From NCBI GenBank assembly GCA_964658305.1, contig OZ210885.1, positions 10,168,001-10,232,000 of the forward strand: a DNA stretch of 64,000 nucleotides, read 5' to 3'. The translations under genes and the position numbers were made by a program. Under the pieces are notes generated by a model. It had not been told where the DNA came from, did not search any database, and worked only from the letters and a program-made list of their open reading frames with translations. The stretch is from Leptogorgia sarmentosa. Lineage: Eukaryota. Below are positions 1 through 13,100 of this stretch, in pieces (position 1 is the first letter of the stretch; each line of letters begins with the position of its first letter).

Positions 1-793
1 ACGAGAACGGGACTGGATCCAATGCACGGTGTCAGCCTGACTAAAAATATACAAACTACTAGGGTAACTATTATAATATTTTTATACAAGCATTTAAATA
101 GATAAAATTAGGAATGACAAGTAGACGTCCTATCTAAAGAATATATTAATAAGTACAGGGTAAATCGGGATCGAATGTTGTTGTGAAAAGTTCCGGATAA
201 GTGTTGTACAAGATTTTTTTGTACAAGTTCCAACCTGCGAAAGGTTAATAGAACAGGAAGAGCGTAATTGTATCTTACGTTTTATTCTATTGCACTCTTA
301 TGTTAATTTCCATCTATATCTTTGTAGCATGCAAGCATTTTATTCTATATTCAATGGTTACTTTCTATGTGCAAGCCCTGCGGACCGTGCAGTTCATATT
401 TCTTCTCCCCCTCTGGAATAGTTTGTGACAACAAGTTTAATAAATTCATGATAACATGCTTCAACATCTGGCTACAGTTTAGGTATAACGGATAACTACA
501 TCAATAAACAAAAATTGTTCAGACTAACTACTTGTCCCCCATTCCCCCCTGAAACAATCTTGTAACAACGATCTCACGCCATCTGGTTTGCTCAAAAAGA
601 TCCAGGCAGAATTGTTAACGGGGGAAGGGGGGAAATATTAAAACAAATTGAAGAAGATCTGGATAAATTCATGTGTGAATATGGGAAAAATGTTTGAAAT
701 AGCTAATTAAAAGTCTCATTTTGCACGGGAATTGTAGATCCATCCCTGTTTAGTTGTATTCATCCAGCATATTCCGTTTATTTTATATTGTAG

Positions 794-1131
794 TTGCGTA
801 TGGATTACGCAATCTACCTCGTGACATGGTGGAAAGACCATCAGAAGTGAACGACATATTGAAACTACTTACGGAAGGAAATAATCGAGTTGGTGTGGTC
901 GGGAATCGTAGCGGCGACGTCGTTGGTATCCGTGGTATGGGGGGTCTGGGTAAGACCATCTTAGCTCTGGCTGTCGCTTGGGCTGCCAAAGAATCTCGTC
1001 AGGTAATATGGCTTGATGTTGGAGAAACTCCAGACTGCTTATCACTCATTAACCTGCTTATAAAAGTTCTTGGTGGCGAAGCCTCGTTCACTGACATCCG
1101 GGCAGCGCAATCCTGGGTCACAGCAAACACG
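794..1131 (+). CDS. APAF-1-like exon: NB-ARC P-loop
   Basis: ttgtag|TT...ACG|gtatgt; encodes VVGIRGMGGLGKTILA. Confidence 0.9.
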
Positions 1132-4100
1132 GTATGTGTGAATTATTTGAACTTTTTGTAATACTCATTGATGCGTTATTACACAAAATCGTTGTCAAAA
1201 GTTACTGGTGATGCAAATAGCGCGTTAACTATATAAACTTCCATTCATTCCGCCATAAGCGGAAAACAGGGAAAGTGATTAGCGTGATGAGATGGATATC
1301 AGGTTTTTTCGTTGCAAAGTAACGAACACATACGTAAGCTTTTTACCACTTACAGTATGCTTATCAGAAAGACGAGAGGATACACTAGTTGAGGGTCGAC
1401 CTTTTAATCAGTGCCATACATAGCCCGATAATGCGCGGGGATCATATTCATGTATATTCGTATTCTTAATGACTTTTTCGAAATCTAGTGTCTTTGAACT
1501 TAGTAAACGCGGATATATGAATGTGCCTTCTCCAATTATCGATTTGGCTACCCATCTATTGATAATTCTGAAGCAGTGGCAACGTTGCTTTACCTTCGAC
1601 CCAGTTAATTTTACCCAAGAAACTCGAAAAGCATCAGCACAACGACTGTATATAAAGCAGTTTTCTATGTATTGCAGAGTGACAAGGATTGCTTGGTGAT
1701 TCTTGATGATGTTTGGAGTGTAAACCACGCTTCTGTATTTGATCATCTCTCTGGAAAATGCCAATTATTAATAACTACAAGGAATTCTGAAGTTGTCCGC
1801 GGTTTACAAGGTTCTGCTTTGTATACACTGAAATTTTTAGAACGGACTGGATCTTACAAGCTCTTGTATCAAAGCGCCCAAGTCACCGAGGACGAGCAGT
1901 CTGAGTTTAGCTCAAACATGAGGCGAATTATAGAGGAATTGTTAAACCATTGCGGCGATCTACCGCTAGCTCTGTCCCTAGTAGGTTCAAGTTTAGCCGA
2001 CACTCGCGACGAACAAGACTGGGAAGACGTTTTAAATGACCTCAAAACAGCAGACTTGGTAAAATTACGTTCAATATATCCCGCCAACGCTTATCCTTAC
2101 GACAACGTTTTAACAGCCATTAACGCCAGCTTTCAAAATTTGGACGAGGAAATACGAGAAAAGTTTCTACATTTCGCTTTATTTCCAGAAGATACGGATG
2201 TACCATCAGACATTCTTGAACTGTTTTGGTCTTCCAAAGTAGCCGGAAGAACTGGGTGCAGCCGTCGTGAAGCAAGACGTATACTTGATGAGCTCGAAAA
2301 GAAGTCGATGATTCAAAAAGGTAAATGAAGGCAGGGTGCATGATAATAGACAAAAGTCTTCGCCACAGTTTGGAAATAGCGTGCAAAAATACTATAACTG
2401 CAAAGTTTAAAGAAGAAATATCGTAAAATGGGAATACCATTGCCAGACACAGTTCATTTTGCGTACTATTGTATCAGCACAAACTAAATTATGTCCATTT
2501 CAGACGATAATTAAGAAATAAATAACGAGTCGCGTGCCATTATGCTGTTATAATGCACGAGGGAAATGTTGGGAGAATACGAGAGAATCGCGTAAAATAC
2601 GAGGCGTAGCCGAGTGTTTTAAGCGATTCTCGAGTATTCTCACAACATTGCCCGAGTGCAATTATAACAGCATAATGGCACGCGACGAGTTTTTCTATTT
2701 CTTTTATAATATAAGAGAATATTAGCGCAACAAAAAACTTCGTTACGAAGATCAAGATTACAATTCTCTTTACATGTAATCAAGCGTGTTCTCAAAAGTT
2801 GCCAAGCAGCAACACAGCTTTATTCCTTTAGCTGAGCGAAAGCAAACAATTCAAGCGTTTTTTATGGATGTATTTTTAGTATACATGTATTTTTATTGTC
2901 TTTTTGTGAAACCAAAGAGTCGGGAATTTAATAGCTAGATGCGTGCATTACGCTGCTATAATGCACGCTCATTAGCCAATCACGTCACAGATTTTACCCT
3001 ACTTATATTAAGGACTTATTAACCGAGTGCGAGGTCTGTACGGGAAAGTATTGCCTGAGGGTTTTCGTACAGACCGAGCGACGAAGGAGCGAGGTCTGTG
3101 CGTTAAAAACCGAAGGCAATACTTTCCCGTACAGACCGAGCAAACGAGGTTAATAAGGGATTTATTATATGGCTTTGTTCGATCGCAATTTGTTCTGACA
3201 TTGTAGAAAGAACTAGAAAACACTTTCGCTGCTGAAACGTTCAGCCGTATACACTGGCATACTGAATGGCGGTTTCTGGCCGTTCACTGCTGTACAACAA
3301 CAAAACAATAAAAATACAACAAAGGAAAAAATTGAATAAAAAAATATAATGTAAATGTCGTGATAAACAACAAATGTTCGATGCGAAATGAAGCTATTTA
3401 AGTGCTGTGAAAACAATGTTCGCAACAGTTTTCGAACTGTTGTTTTGTTCGTCGTTATTTTCACTTTAAAACTCAGCATTTTGGATCGTGTGTTTTTCTG
3501 GGACAGCAAAATTCAATCGGGGAGTGTTCTTCAACGTCACCGTACGGCATAATAAGATTTAGTTTCCTTAAAAATTTAATTTGTATAATAGTTTCACGAG
3601 CGGGCAAGATGACTTTCCTGAGCGGGCAAGATGACTTTCCTGAGCGGGCAAGATGACTTTTTCCGGACCGCTAATCAACCAATCAGCGTGCGCCATTTAT
3701 GTCAGCCATATAATAATATAATGGTATTAAATTACTTCTGCGTTATAAATAGTTTGTAAATTGTGCGAAATTTGCATGGGCACAATTTCCCCATTTTATG
3801 AATTCTTCAAACTTTGCATTCATACTATTTTCAGCACGCTGTTTCCAACTGTGATGTTAGTTTTGTGCTTGTTGTCTTATTTTTAAACTTTTGCGATCGC
3901 TAAATTTGTCTGTTGCTCCCTGCATCATAGCTAATCAAATGAAATTCACGAAAACGACGTGAGGTTTTTGAAACATTTTTTTTTACTGTAGTTCCTTTGC
4001 CAAACCTTTATATTAACTGTCAACAAGTTGTTAGGCTGAACATTTGAACAAACCAATGTCAAACAAGTTTGAGAAAAATATATTATTCAGCTATAATCGT

Positions 4101-7100
4101 AATTACGTTCGCAATTTAATTCCGTATGTCGGCAAGCCAAATTTGCCCGTTCATTTGCCCAGTGTTATCCACAGACATTCCTAGATGAGCAAATAATCGA
4201 ATTGAAGGGGAAATACTTCCATCTCCCTGGGGTATGCTAAATCCGAAAAATTATTGTACTATAGCCCGCCTGGGCCCCAGACTGCTGTACTGTCCTGTCA
4301 CAAAGAATACTCAAAGTGAATAGTCTAGCGATAATTTTTAGGATCTGGTATCAATGGGAAGAAGAGCTACCGTCTCCACGATCTCCTTTTGGGTTTTGCA
4401 CGTGCAAAACTAGGAGGCAAACTAAGTTCTGTCCAATGTTTGTTCGTGAAGGCAGTTCGTGGTCATTGCGAGAATGGTGATTGGGGAAAATTTGAAGGCA
4501 ACAAGGATTATTATTTCAAGTACCTGACCTATCACCTCCACTCCTCCGAGCAATTTGATGAACTACATAAACTGTTCTTCAATTTTAACTGGCTTTATGA
4601 AAAGGTGAATCAATTCGATCTCCCCTCCTTAATGTCAGATTTTCGTTTTCTGGATCAGCCCTCGAAAGAAATCGAACTGCTCAAGACGTCGTTGATGCGG
4701 TCTTTCGTAGTTATCGAGGAGAATTTGCATTCTATTGGTCCACAGCTGTTAGGTAATTACTTTCTTTTTTTGCTAGATTTTGTTTCACTGCCTACACGAT
4801 ACGATAAGCAGGGGCGTAGCGAAGGGGGGGAGGGGGGGGGGAGTCCGGGGGGTACCGTTACCCCCCCCTAATGTTGTCTCTGTCGGCACAAATTGCACTT
4901 CTGTCGGCAAATTTGATGCGAGAGTTAGGTCTTATGCAGATAATTAGAAAAATGTTGGACAATTTTAAAATTTCTCTAAAATTTTTTAAAATGCTGACGG
5001 AAGATTAAAAATGACGATGTTATATCGGAAAATTCAGAAAATGCCGACGAAATGTCGGCAAAATTGAGGGAGAAACAAGGAGAATTGCTATCACTGACGT
5101 TTAATCCGCACACCCCCCCCCCCTCCCAATATTTTATGCAGGGGGGCCGAAATATCTTTGCACTCTGAAATAACACTCTGAAATGGCCGTTTCCGGCGAT
5201 CTATAGAGGCTCTAAATTCTCAAAAACCATTCCTACGCCCCTCGTTTAATCAGAATTGGACATATTTTGTTAACAGAGAACAATTTAGTTACTAGTGGTT
5301 ATCTGTTCTATGTAATTTAATTTGTTTGTGAAACGTTTGGCTTGCTCAAAATTTGTTCAGAACTTACTCTAATATCGATACAACGTGCAAATAGAAAATA
5401 TATCTTATTAGATATTAAAAAGTCAAAGAATTTTTATCTGACAATTCTTATAAAAAATTAACGCGTTTCGAAAACCACGCCGAAACCACACGTACGCCAC
5501 GCCCATTTTGTCGGCAAAGTTGGTGTATCAAATCCATCCGATTGGTTTTTACTTAGTTTCCATATATTCACTAATATAAAAACCCTTGTGTTTTCCCCCG
5601 ACCCCACTACTAATTAGGCCTTTGCCCGATACGCCGAAACGGCTACCAACAGTGCCCAAATACGCTTGCATATAGATGAATGGCAACTGTTTTGGGTTGC
5701 TACCACACTATATAACGCGAAGTATTACCTTATGAATGTTATGCCTATCTTTATAAAAACTCCATTAGGCATGCTATCAGAAAACAAAGATTCTCTATTG
5801 TTAACCAGCTGTTAACCAGCTAGTTCGTATGTATACGGTTCTTACATATGATGCGTCTCCGTTGGTAATTCACGCCCATGATTCACACAAAGTATCAGGC
5901 ATGCGATCGGTCAATTTTAACAGTCATTGTCATTCACCCACGCCATATGTTATTGGAGATTGGAATCAAATTGAGTTAGACATTATAAATAATCAATAAT
6001 ATGACGAATTTTAAAAACTGTAGGAAGTAACGTTTCTGTTGTATTAGAGTAACGTATTTTTTAGTTGTTAAGCATGAGATCGGTGCTTTGAGAATTCCCA
6101 GAACTTTATCAGTCGTTCTATTTTTGTTTTGTGATTCGATGTTTTGTGCTTTCTGCCATTGTAAAAAGGGCGTCAATGGACCGATTACATAAAAGAACAA
6201 AAATTTTGAAAAAGTTCGAAATAGTACAATTCATAATAACAGCGCTGAGGAGCATTCCAAAGTTAGTAAGATTGCTGAGTTTGGTTGCGAAATGGTGTAA
6301 AATGCGAGAAATATACCCCTGTGAAGTTTGCAAATTTTGTATAATATTTTAGTATTACGCACAGAAAATTGATACCCTTCTCACGACAATTAAGGGTATC
6401 AATTTGCCGCACAGAATGGTTGAAACTCTACCCAGGAAAATAGATTTTGTAGCATGTAATAAAATGGATTTGTGTGTTTATTAAGCGCGAGACAAAATAA
6501 ACGAAATCGTATATAGTTTCAAGTATTTTGTTTTGAACCTACGCGCATACCGATCATACACTTTAGCGTCCAGGCAAATGCTGCATGAATGAACAGAACA
6601 TAGTGTACATAAATATATTATTATAATATGGTTTTGAAAAGAGTAAATTTGGTTTTTAGAAAGCCACATTTTTCACAAACAATCGCAAAGCGCTGTCTCT
6701 ATTTTAAAGGCGCAATAACATAAAATCCGATATTATATGTCGTCAAGTTTCAATATCTTACGCAATTTGATATGATTGCGCGAATTCCGGAATGCGAGAT
6801 AGTCATGAAAGCTTATATCAAGTATTGAATACGTCTCACGTTTTAACCACGCACAACCTCATGTCTTAAAAGACATTAGTTTTTGCGCTATTCGCCTATT
6901 CCCTAGCAGTAAATCATTTTATAATGCCAGATCGCAGATAAGATGCGTGTGTCGAAAAGCTGAAAACAAATAAGACTTGATCATCACTGATAATCAAGCT
7001 ACATAGGCGCAGATGCATGTACATTTTGTGTACCTATTTTTTCATGACGTTGTTGGGGGGGGGGGGGGGGTGTGCAGTAATCAGCCAAGGGCCCATGCAG

Positions 7101-10100
7101 GCCAGGCAATGTTTGTGCCAAGGGCCCAAGCAAAATTAAGCAATGTTTGTGCCAGAGATCCCTGGCAAGCTTTATCCGCCCTTTAGTTAATGCCTGCAGC
7201 TATTGTTAATTCTACTGTAAGCGTTTTACAAAGACCAATTGATGAATCGCAAACAATTTCAATTAATTTAAAACGACGCCTTGGTTACAAACACCATTAT
7301 CAATTTCAGAATGCTATTAGTAAAGCTTCAGAAGCAGCTCAATACTTAGATCATACCAGTGAAATATTTGAAAACGAAGGAATACAAATAATGGACAGTT
7401 AATCAAGTCGATAATAATAAAGAGGAGTGGTTAGGGTTAGAATTTATTTCCATGGATGGAATGGAGACTTCAGAAAATCTGAACGCTCACAGTCAAGAAG
7501 TAGTTGAGAGAAATGAAAGTAATGACTTGATTGATAATGATACAGATGATGAGTGCTGTGCAGCGACTGAACGGTCATCAGGTCTTATGGATACATCATT
7601 ACTAGAAATACATATATGCAGCAACCCCTCGCCTTACTCGCAAAAAAATTCAACTATATTTTTGGAGCATGAAGCACTTTTAGTAAAGCAGTCAGAGGTT
7701 GTTGTCATGGCAACACGATCGGAATTCATATTTCTGTATATTTTTTCAAAACAGTCAGAATATCAGCTTTTATTTTTTCCCGGTCCGTAACTCCCGGTCC
7801 GTAACCTAAATAGAGCTTTCTGATTGGTTGCTGAGCGGTCCGTATCGTCTGTACGGACCGCTCGCATTCTCGTAGATATAAATATAGTCAATGTTTTTGT
7901 TTTTTAAAATTGAATGGCCGCTTTTTTAAACATTCAAAACGAATTTAGGCGATAAAGAACACATGAAAGTTCATTTTATGCTAAGGGATATTTTAGGGGG
8001 TATTTACAGCGACAAAAACTCATAAATATCAACAAAGTCTCATCAGTATGAACAAAACAAAACATTCTCGGCGAAATATTTCGGTGTCTAAAGCGTATTT
8101 TAACCATGTTTGTATCGTGAAACGAACGGAAAAATAAATAATTTTAATAAGTTTACCTTTTTCGTAGTAATGTTGAGTGGAAAAGCGTCAATATTGAAGC
8201 AAAATTAATGCGTCAATATTGAAGGGTTTTTTCTCACTTCGTCTTGGCCGTCTAGCAGCCATACTTGCGATAGAGTAGCAAAGTAAACAAACAAACTGAT
8301 CTCAAAATCTAGTTCGCAACACTGGAATTTTTGACGAATTTTATCATAACTTCGAGGGGGAAAAATAAATAAGTTATTTACCATTTAGGTCGGTCCGTAC
8401 TGGAAAATATTTTGTCTCGGTGTCAAGAACGTCCCTCGGCCTTTGGCCTCGGGCCGTTTTTGAGACCTCGACAAAATATTTTCCAGTACGGACCTCCCAG
8501 CTGGTAAATAACATATATTTATTATATAGAAAAATACAGATGAAAACTGCTGAAATTTAAAACTAGCTATAGTTTAAACGAAACGTCGACTATTTTAATT
8601 CCGTAACTGTTGTTTTTTCCGTGCTTTTTGGCGTGTATTTATCAAGTAAAACTGTTTTTGTAAATATGTCGATTTCAAAGCGATAGAACACTTTGAAATT
8701 ATATTCAGTTATTTAAAATACAAATAAATTTGGAAGTTTTTTATGTCCAGCGCTTGTGTACATAATAAAACAGTTATTCTGCTCACTCTCGTCGTATATG
8801 ACTGATAGTCGCTAGTACTATTTATAACAATTAGTCGCTCGGCGCTTCGCGCCTTGGTGACTATGAGCTTGTAATCACCGAAGCCTGAGGCGACTAATTG
8901 TCTTAGTATAAATTCCCAGGTCAAACTGATTTGATTCAAACTGTCTTTTAAGTAGAAATTCTAGTTTTGTTTAAATAGATAACGAGTCGCGTGCCATTAT
9001 GCTGTTATAATGCACGAGGAAAATGTTGGGAGAATACGAGAGAATCGCGTAAAACACGAGGCGTAGCCGAGTGTTTTACGCGATTCTCGAGTATTCTCAC
9101 AACATTGCCCGAGTGCAATTATAACAGCATAATGGCACGCGACGAGTTTTTCTATTTCTTTTATAATATAAGAGAACATTAGCGCAACAAAAAAACTTCG
9201 TTAGGAAGATCAAAATTATAATTCTCTTTACATGTAATCAAGCGTGTTCTCAAATGTTGCCAAGCAGCAACACAGCTTTATTCCTTTAGCTGAGCGAAAG
9301 CAAACAATTCAAGCGTTTTTTATGGATTTATTTTTAATATATATGTATTTTTATTGTCTTTTTGCCAAACCAAAGAGTCGCCGGAGAATTTTAATAGCAG
9401 ATGCGTGCATTACGCTGTTATAATGCACGCTCATTGGCCAATCACGTTGCAGATTTTACCCTACTTAAATTATAAAGCAGAATACAACATCATTTCAACA
9501 ATTGCAAAGTTTCAAAATTTGATAATAGTAGTCCAATTTGATATTACACTAGCTGCTTTCTGAAACTTAGATCCCTAGTTCTTTATTATTTGCCTCATTT
9601 GATGCCTGGCATAAAATAATGTTTGCTTACAAACTGAACATATAGCAAAGAAACCTGAGCCCATTACGCCTAATCCTGAACATTCTATAAATGTCAATCG
9701 ACTGGAGTCGGGAAATTGTGCAGTTAGAAATCACTTTAATTTAACTTTCGAAATCCATTAACTGTCAATTTAGGAAGCAAGGCAGAGGCTATATACAGGG
9801 TGTATAAAAAAAACTGAATGGATTTTAAATCGCTCTCAACTTCGCAAAGGGGCTCGGGGTACAAAATTTTCGGTTGATGTGGATTGGTTGAGTACTTATA
9901 ATGTAGAATAAACGAAAACATTTTGTAATTTGAATTTTCAAAAACCCGGGAGGAGTGTTTTTTCCAGCAGATAGAAAATGTCTCGCGCACGAAATTTAAA
10001 GGCTCAAAAGCAATTTTTAGTTGATGGACGGAAACGTTGTCAGGTTTTGTATTTCTGTTAAAAATCTCAGAAGAAATGCTTGAGTTTAAGCCCTTGAAAA

Positions 10101-13100
10101 CGCCGCGCAAACTTTCATTTTTTAGTATTATTAGCTTTTTGCATGCTTAATTTATTCTTGTATCTCATTTGCATAATGCTCGTATCTTATTTGCATATGC
10201 AAATTTGGCAGTTTTTATTCCAAAAAATTAAATTATTATTAAATTATTATTAAATTTCGAATTATTCCAAAAAATGAATGTTTGCGCGGCGTTTTCAAGG
10301 GCTTAAACTGAAACATTTTTTCTGAGATTTTTAACAGAAATACAAAACATGACAAATTTTCCGTCCATCAACTAAAAATTGCTTTTGAGCCTTTAAATTT
10401 CGTGCGCAATACATTTTCTATCTGTTGGAAAAAACACTACCCCGGATTTTTGAAAATTCAAATTACAAAATGTTTTCGTTTATTCTACATTATAAGTACT
10501 CAACCAATCCACATAAACCGAAAACTTTGTACCCCGAGGCCCTTTGCGAAGTTGAGAGCGATTTATAATCTGTTCAGTTTTTTTTATACACCCTGTATAT
10601 CGTGCAGTTTAAAACCAGTAATAATGTACTTGCGTATGCGTTGTGAATGTCGTTTTCAATCGTGCGGTTGAAGAATGTCTTTGAAGGGTTTGTGGATATA
10701 GGGAACGGCTCCACAACTTGGGATTCCAGTTTCAATACGGAATTGAATATTAATAGATGCGAGAATGCTGAACGCTAGTTACTGAGATATTCACGCAAAG
10801 TGTGCTCCATTTTAATAAACTTAATATTTTTTGTCCCCTTTATATGAAAATCACTGAAGGGGAACGAACATTTTGTTTGAACAATCAGAAACTTCCATTA
10901 GAAATTACAAAAGAACTCATATAACGAATTTTATTAAACCTATTATGTTAATAATCACGAAACAGATATATATAGTAATATTATACCTCAAATTCAAATT
11001 GTCCAATGGAAAAACGGTGTTCGTACCACGTGACAATGAGATTTTTTAAGGTATTTCAATCAATTCAGTGATTTTTGAACTGAACGGTGAATTCAGAGGG
11101 TAATTCTTATCATTTATAGACCCGGAGCGAGGGGGATTCGGCGTAATATTTCCCGAAGTGATGATATTTTCCGAGGGGCTTTGCCCCGAAGAAAATATCA
11201 TTACTGAGGGAAATATTACGCCGAATCTCCCGAGCGGAGGGTCTATAAATGATATATTATACCGAACAAAACATTTTTGCATCATTGTTTTCAAGAAGTC
11301 TGTTTATTTCTTCGTCCGAGTCTTGCTCGCCCGCCATTTTGCATAGCTAATTAGCTATGCTAGGCGCGTGTTGCCCACGCGTCACGCGTGAGCGTGGGAT
11401 ACTATAATGAAACTTTACTTAAATAAAATTTTCGGTATTGCGCCCTCGGAAAAAATTTCATTCCTCGGGGTAATTTTTTGTGAAATACCCCTCGTTCCTG
11501 GTCGATAACTGATAATAATCAGATAGGCCCGTTAGTTTTTCAATTTTAATTTTTTCCCGGTCAGTAGGAAAATAGTCTTCATCTTTAAATACTATTTTAA
11601 ATATTCTGAATTTGTTACGTGCGCTAATACTGTTGTGTATTTTTGTTTTCCAGGCAGACTGCTATCTTATGAAGAGTATCCGGGGATAAAGACGCTATTA
11701 AAGCAACTCCGTGCAACATGCACGGAGACTTGCTGTCTTATACCGGAATCTTCATGTTTAGATCTTGGCGGCCCTGAGATCTTTCGAAAAACGTTTGATT
11801 CATGGGTATGCTCATTAGCGACGTCCAATACCTCATTCGCTACTCTTGTAATTTGTGGTTTAGAGAATGGTTCAATCACAATCTTTGATCTTGACACAGG
11901 TAGGTAACCATGTGGTAACGTACTATGGATAAACAAAATGGCAAGGATTGGGGGTTTCAATAGTTTTTTTTTCTTTTGACCGATCGTCGGTCCGAAAAAT
12001 TAAATCCCCCCTCTGCTTGTAATTATATGTGCAACCACATCCTCTCTCTGATTTCAAAGAATCATCAATTCTCAGTTATGCAAGTTGAGCGGCTACCGCT
12101 ATATAGGTGTATAAAAAAATTCACATTAAAAATTTTGAAATCGCTCTCAACTTCGCAAAGCGACTCGCGTTACGAAGTTTTTCTGTTTATATACATTGTT
12201 TGGGTACTTATAATGTGGAATAAACGAAAAGATAGAATTTTCAAAGTGCGGTGCGGTGTAAAATTTAAGTAAAATTTTGGATGTTCTATCTGTAACCTAA
12301 TTTCAGGCAGTTTCTACAATTGTATCCTTCAACTTTTTAGCACGCGTCCTGACAATTTTATATTTTGACTGTTTTTGTTTTCCAACTCTTGATGGATTTC
12401 AATAGATCTTCCACTAGGCCTGTCAAGCTAATAACGAACTAACAGTAGATTATAATTGCTACTATCTGGGTTAAACCGGAAGTTTGACACGTAGTCTCAC
12501 TATTTTTCTTGGTTATTAATTAACAAAACTTTGCAGTGCAAAATTACTCCTTGTCAAGAAACGTTGTACTAGCCTTCAGTTTCCATTCTTTATAATTTGT
12601 TAGCGCTGATAATGAACTAAATAGATGAAATGTTTAATAAAGCACATGTGTAACTTACCTGCCGTCACATGTACAGTAGTTCATTAAATCGGAAATTTAT
12701 GGCGCTATATTCTCAGGGAGTTCACTGGTACCGAATGGCCTCAGGGCTCCTCCCATTATGCTTCGCATTACTCTAGGTAATGTGGCTATGCTTTGCTTCA
12801 GGTACATGTGGCTATGCTTTGCTTTTCGAAATCGGCAAATAATTGATTCGCTCGCCAACGATAACTCGCAGTATTTCGTGCGACGTCGTCCAATAATTGA
12901 TAGTAGGGACCTTAAGATCTACAACGCCACAAACTCGACAACGGGGTCTAAATTTCAGCTTGGAAATGAGCGCTGACCTTTTTATGCTTTAAATAGATGT
13001 TGGAATTTTTTCAAGAAACAGTTACACAGGTTCAGCTAAAGCAATGCGATCGTTGCTGTGTAGTCACTTTGAATTTAAGTTTCACCCTTCACGTTGCTTT

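Noticed and set aside
2534..2755. Repeated 63-71 aa ORFs (MPLCCYNARG...) also at 8991 and 27538
   Set aside because: They lie inside the non-coding family A hairpin; repetition reflects the repeat, not a gene family.
3598..3660. 22-bp direct repeats as a CRISPR or iteron array
   Set aside because: No spacers; simple tandem repeat internal to family B, also present in its second copy.
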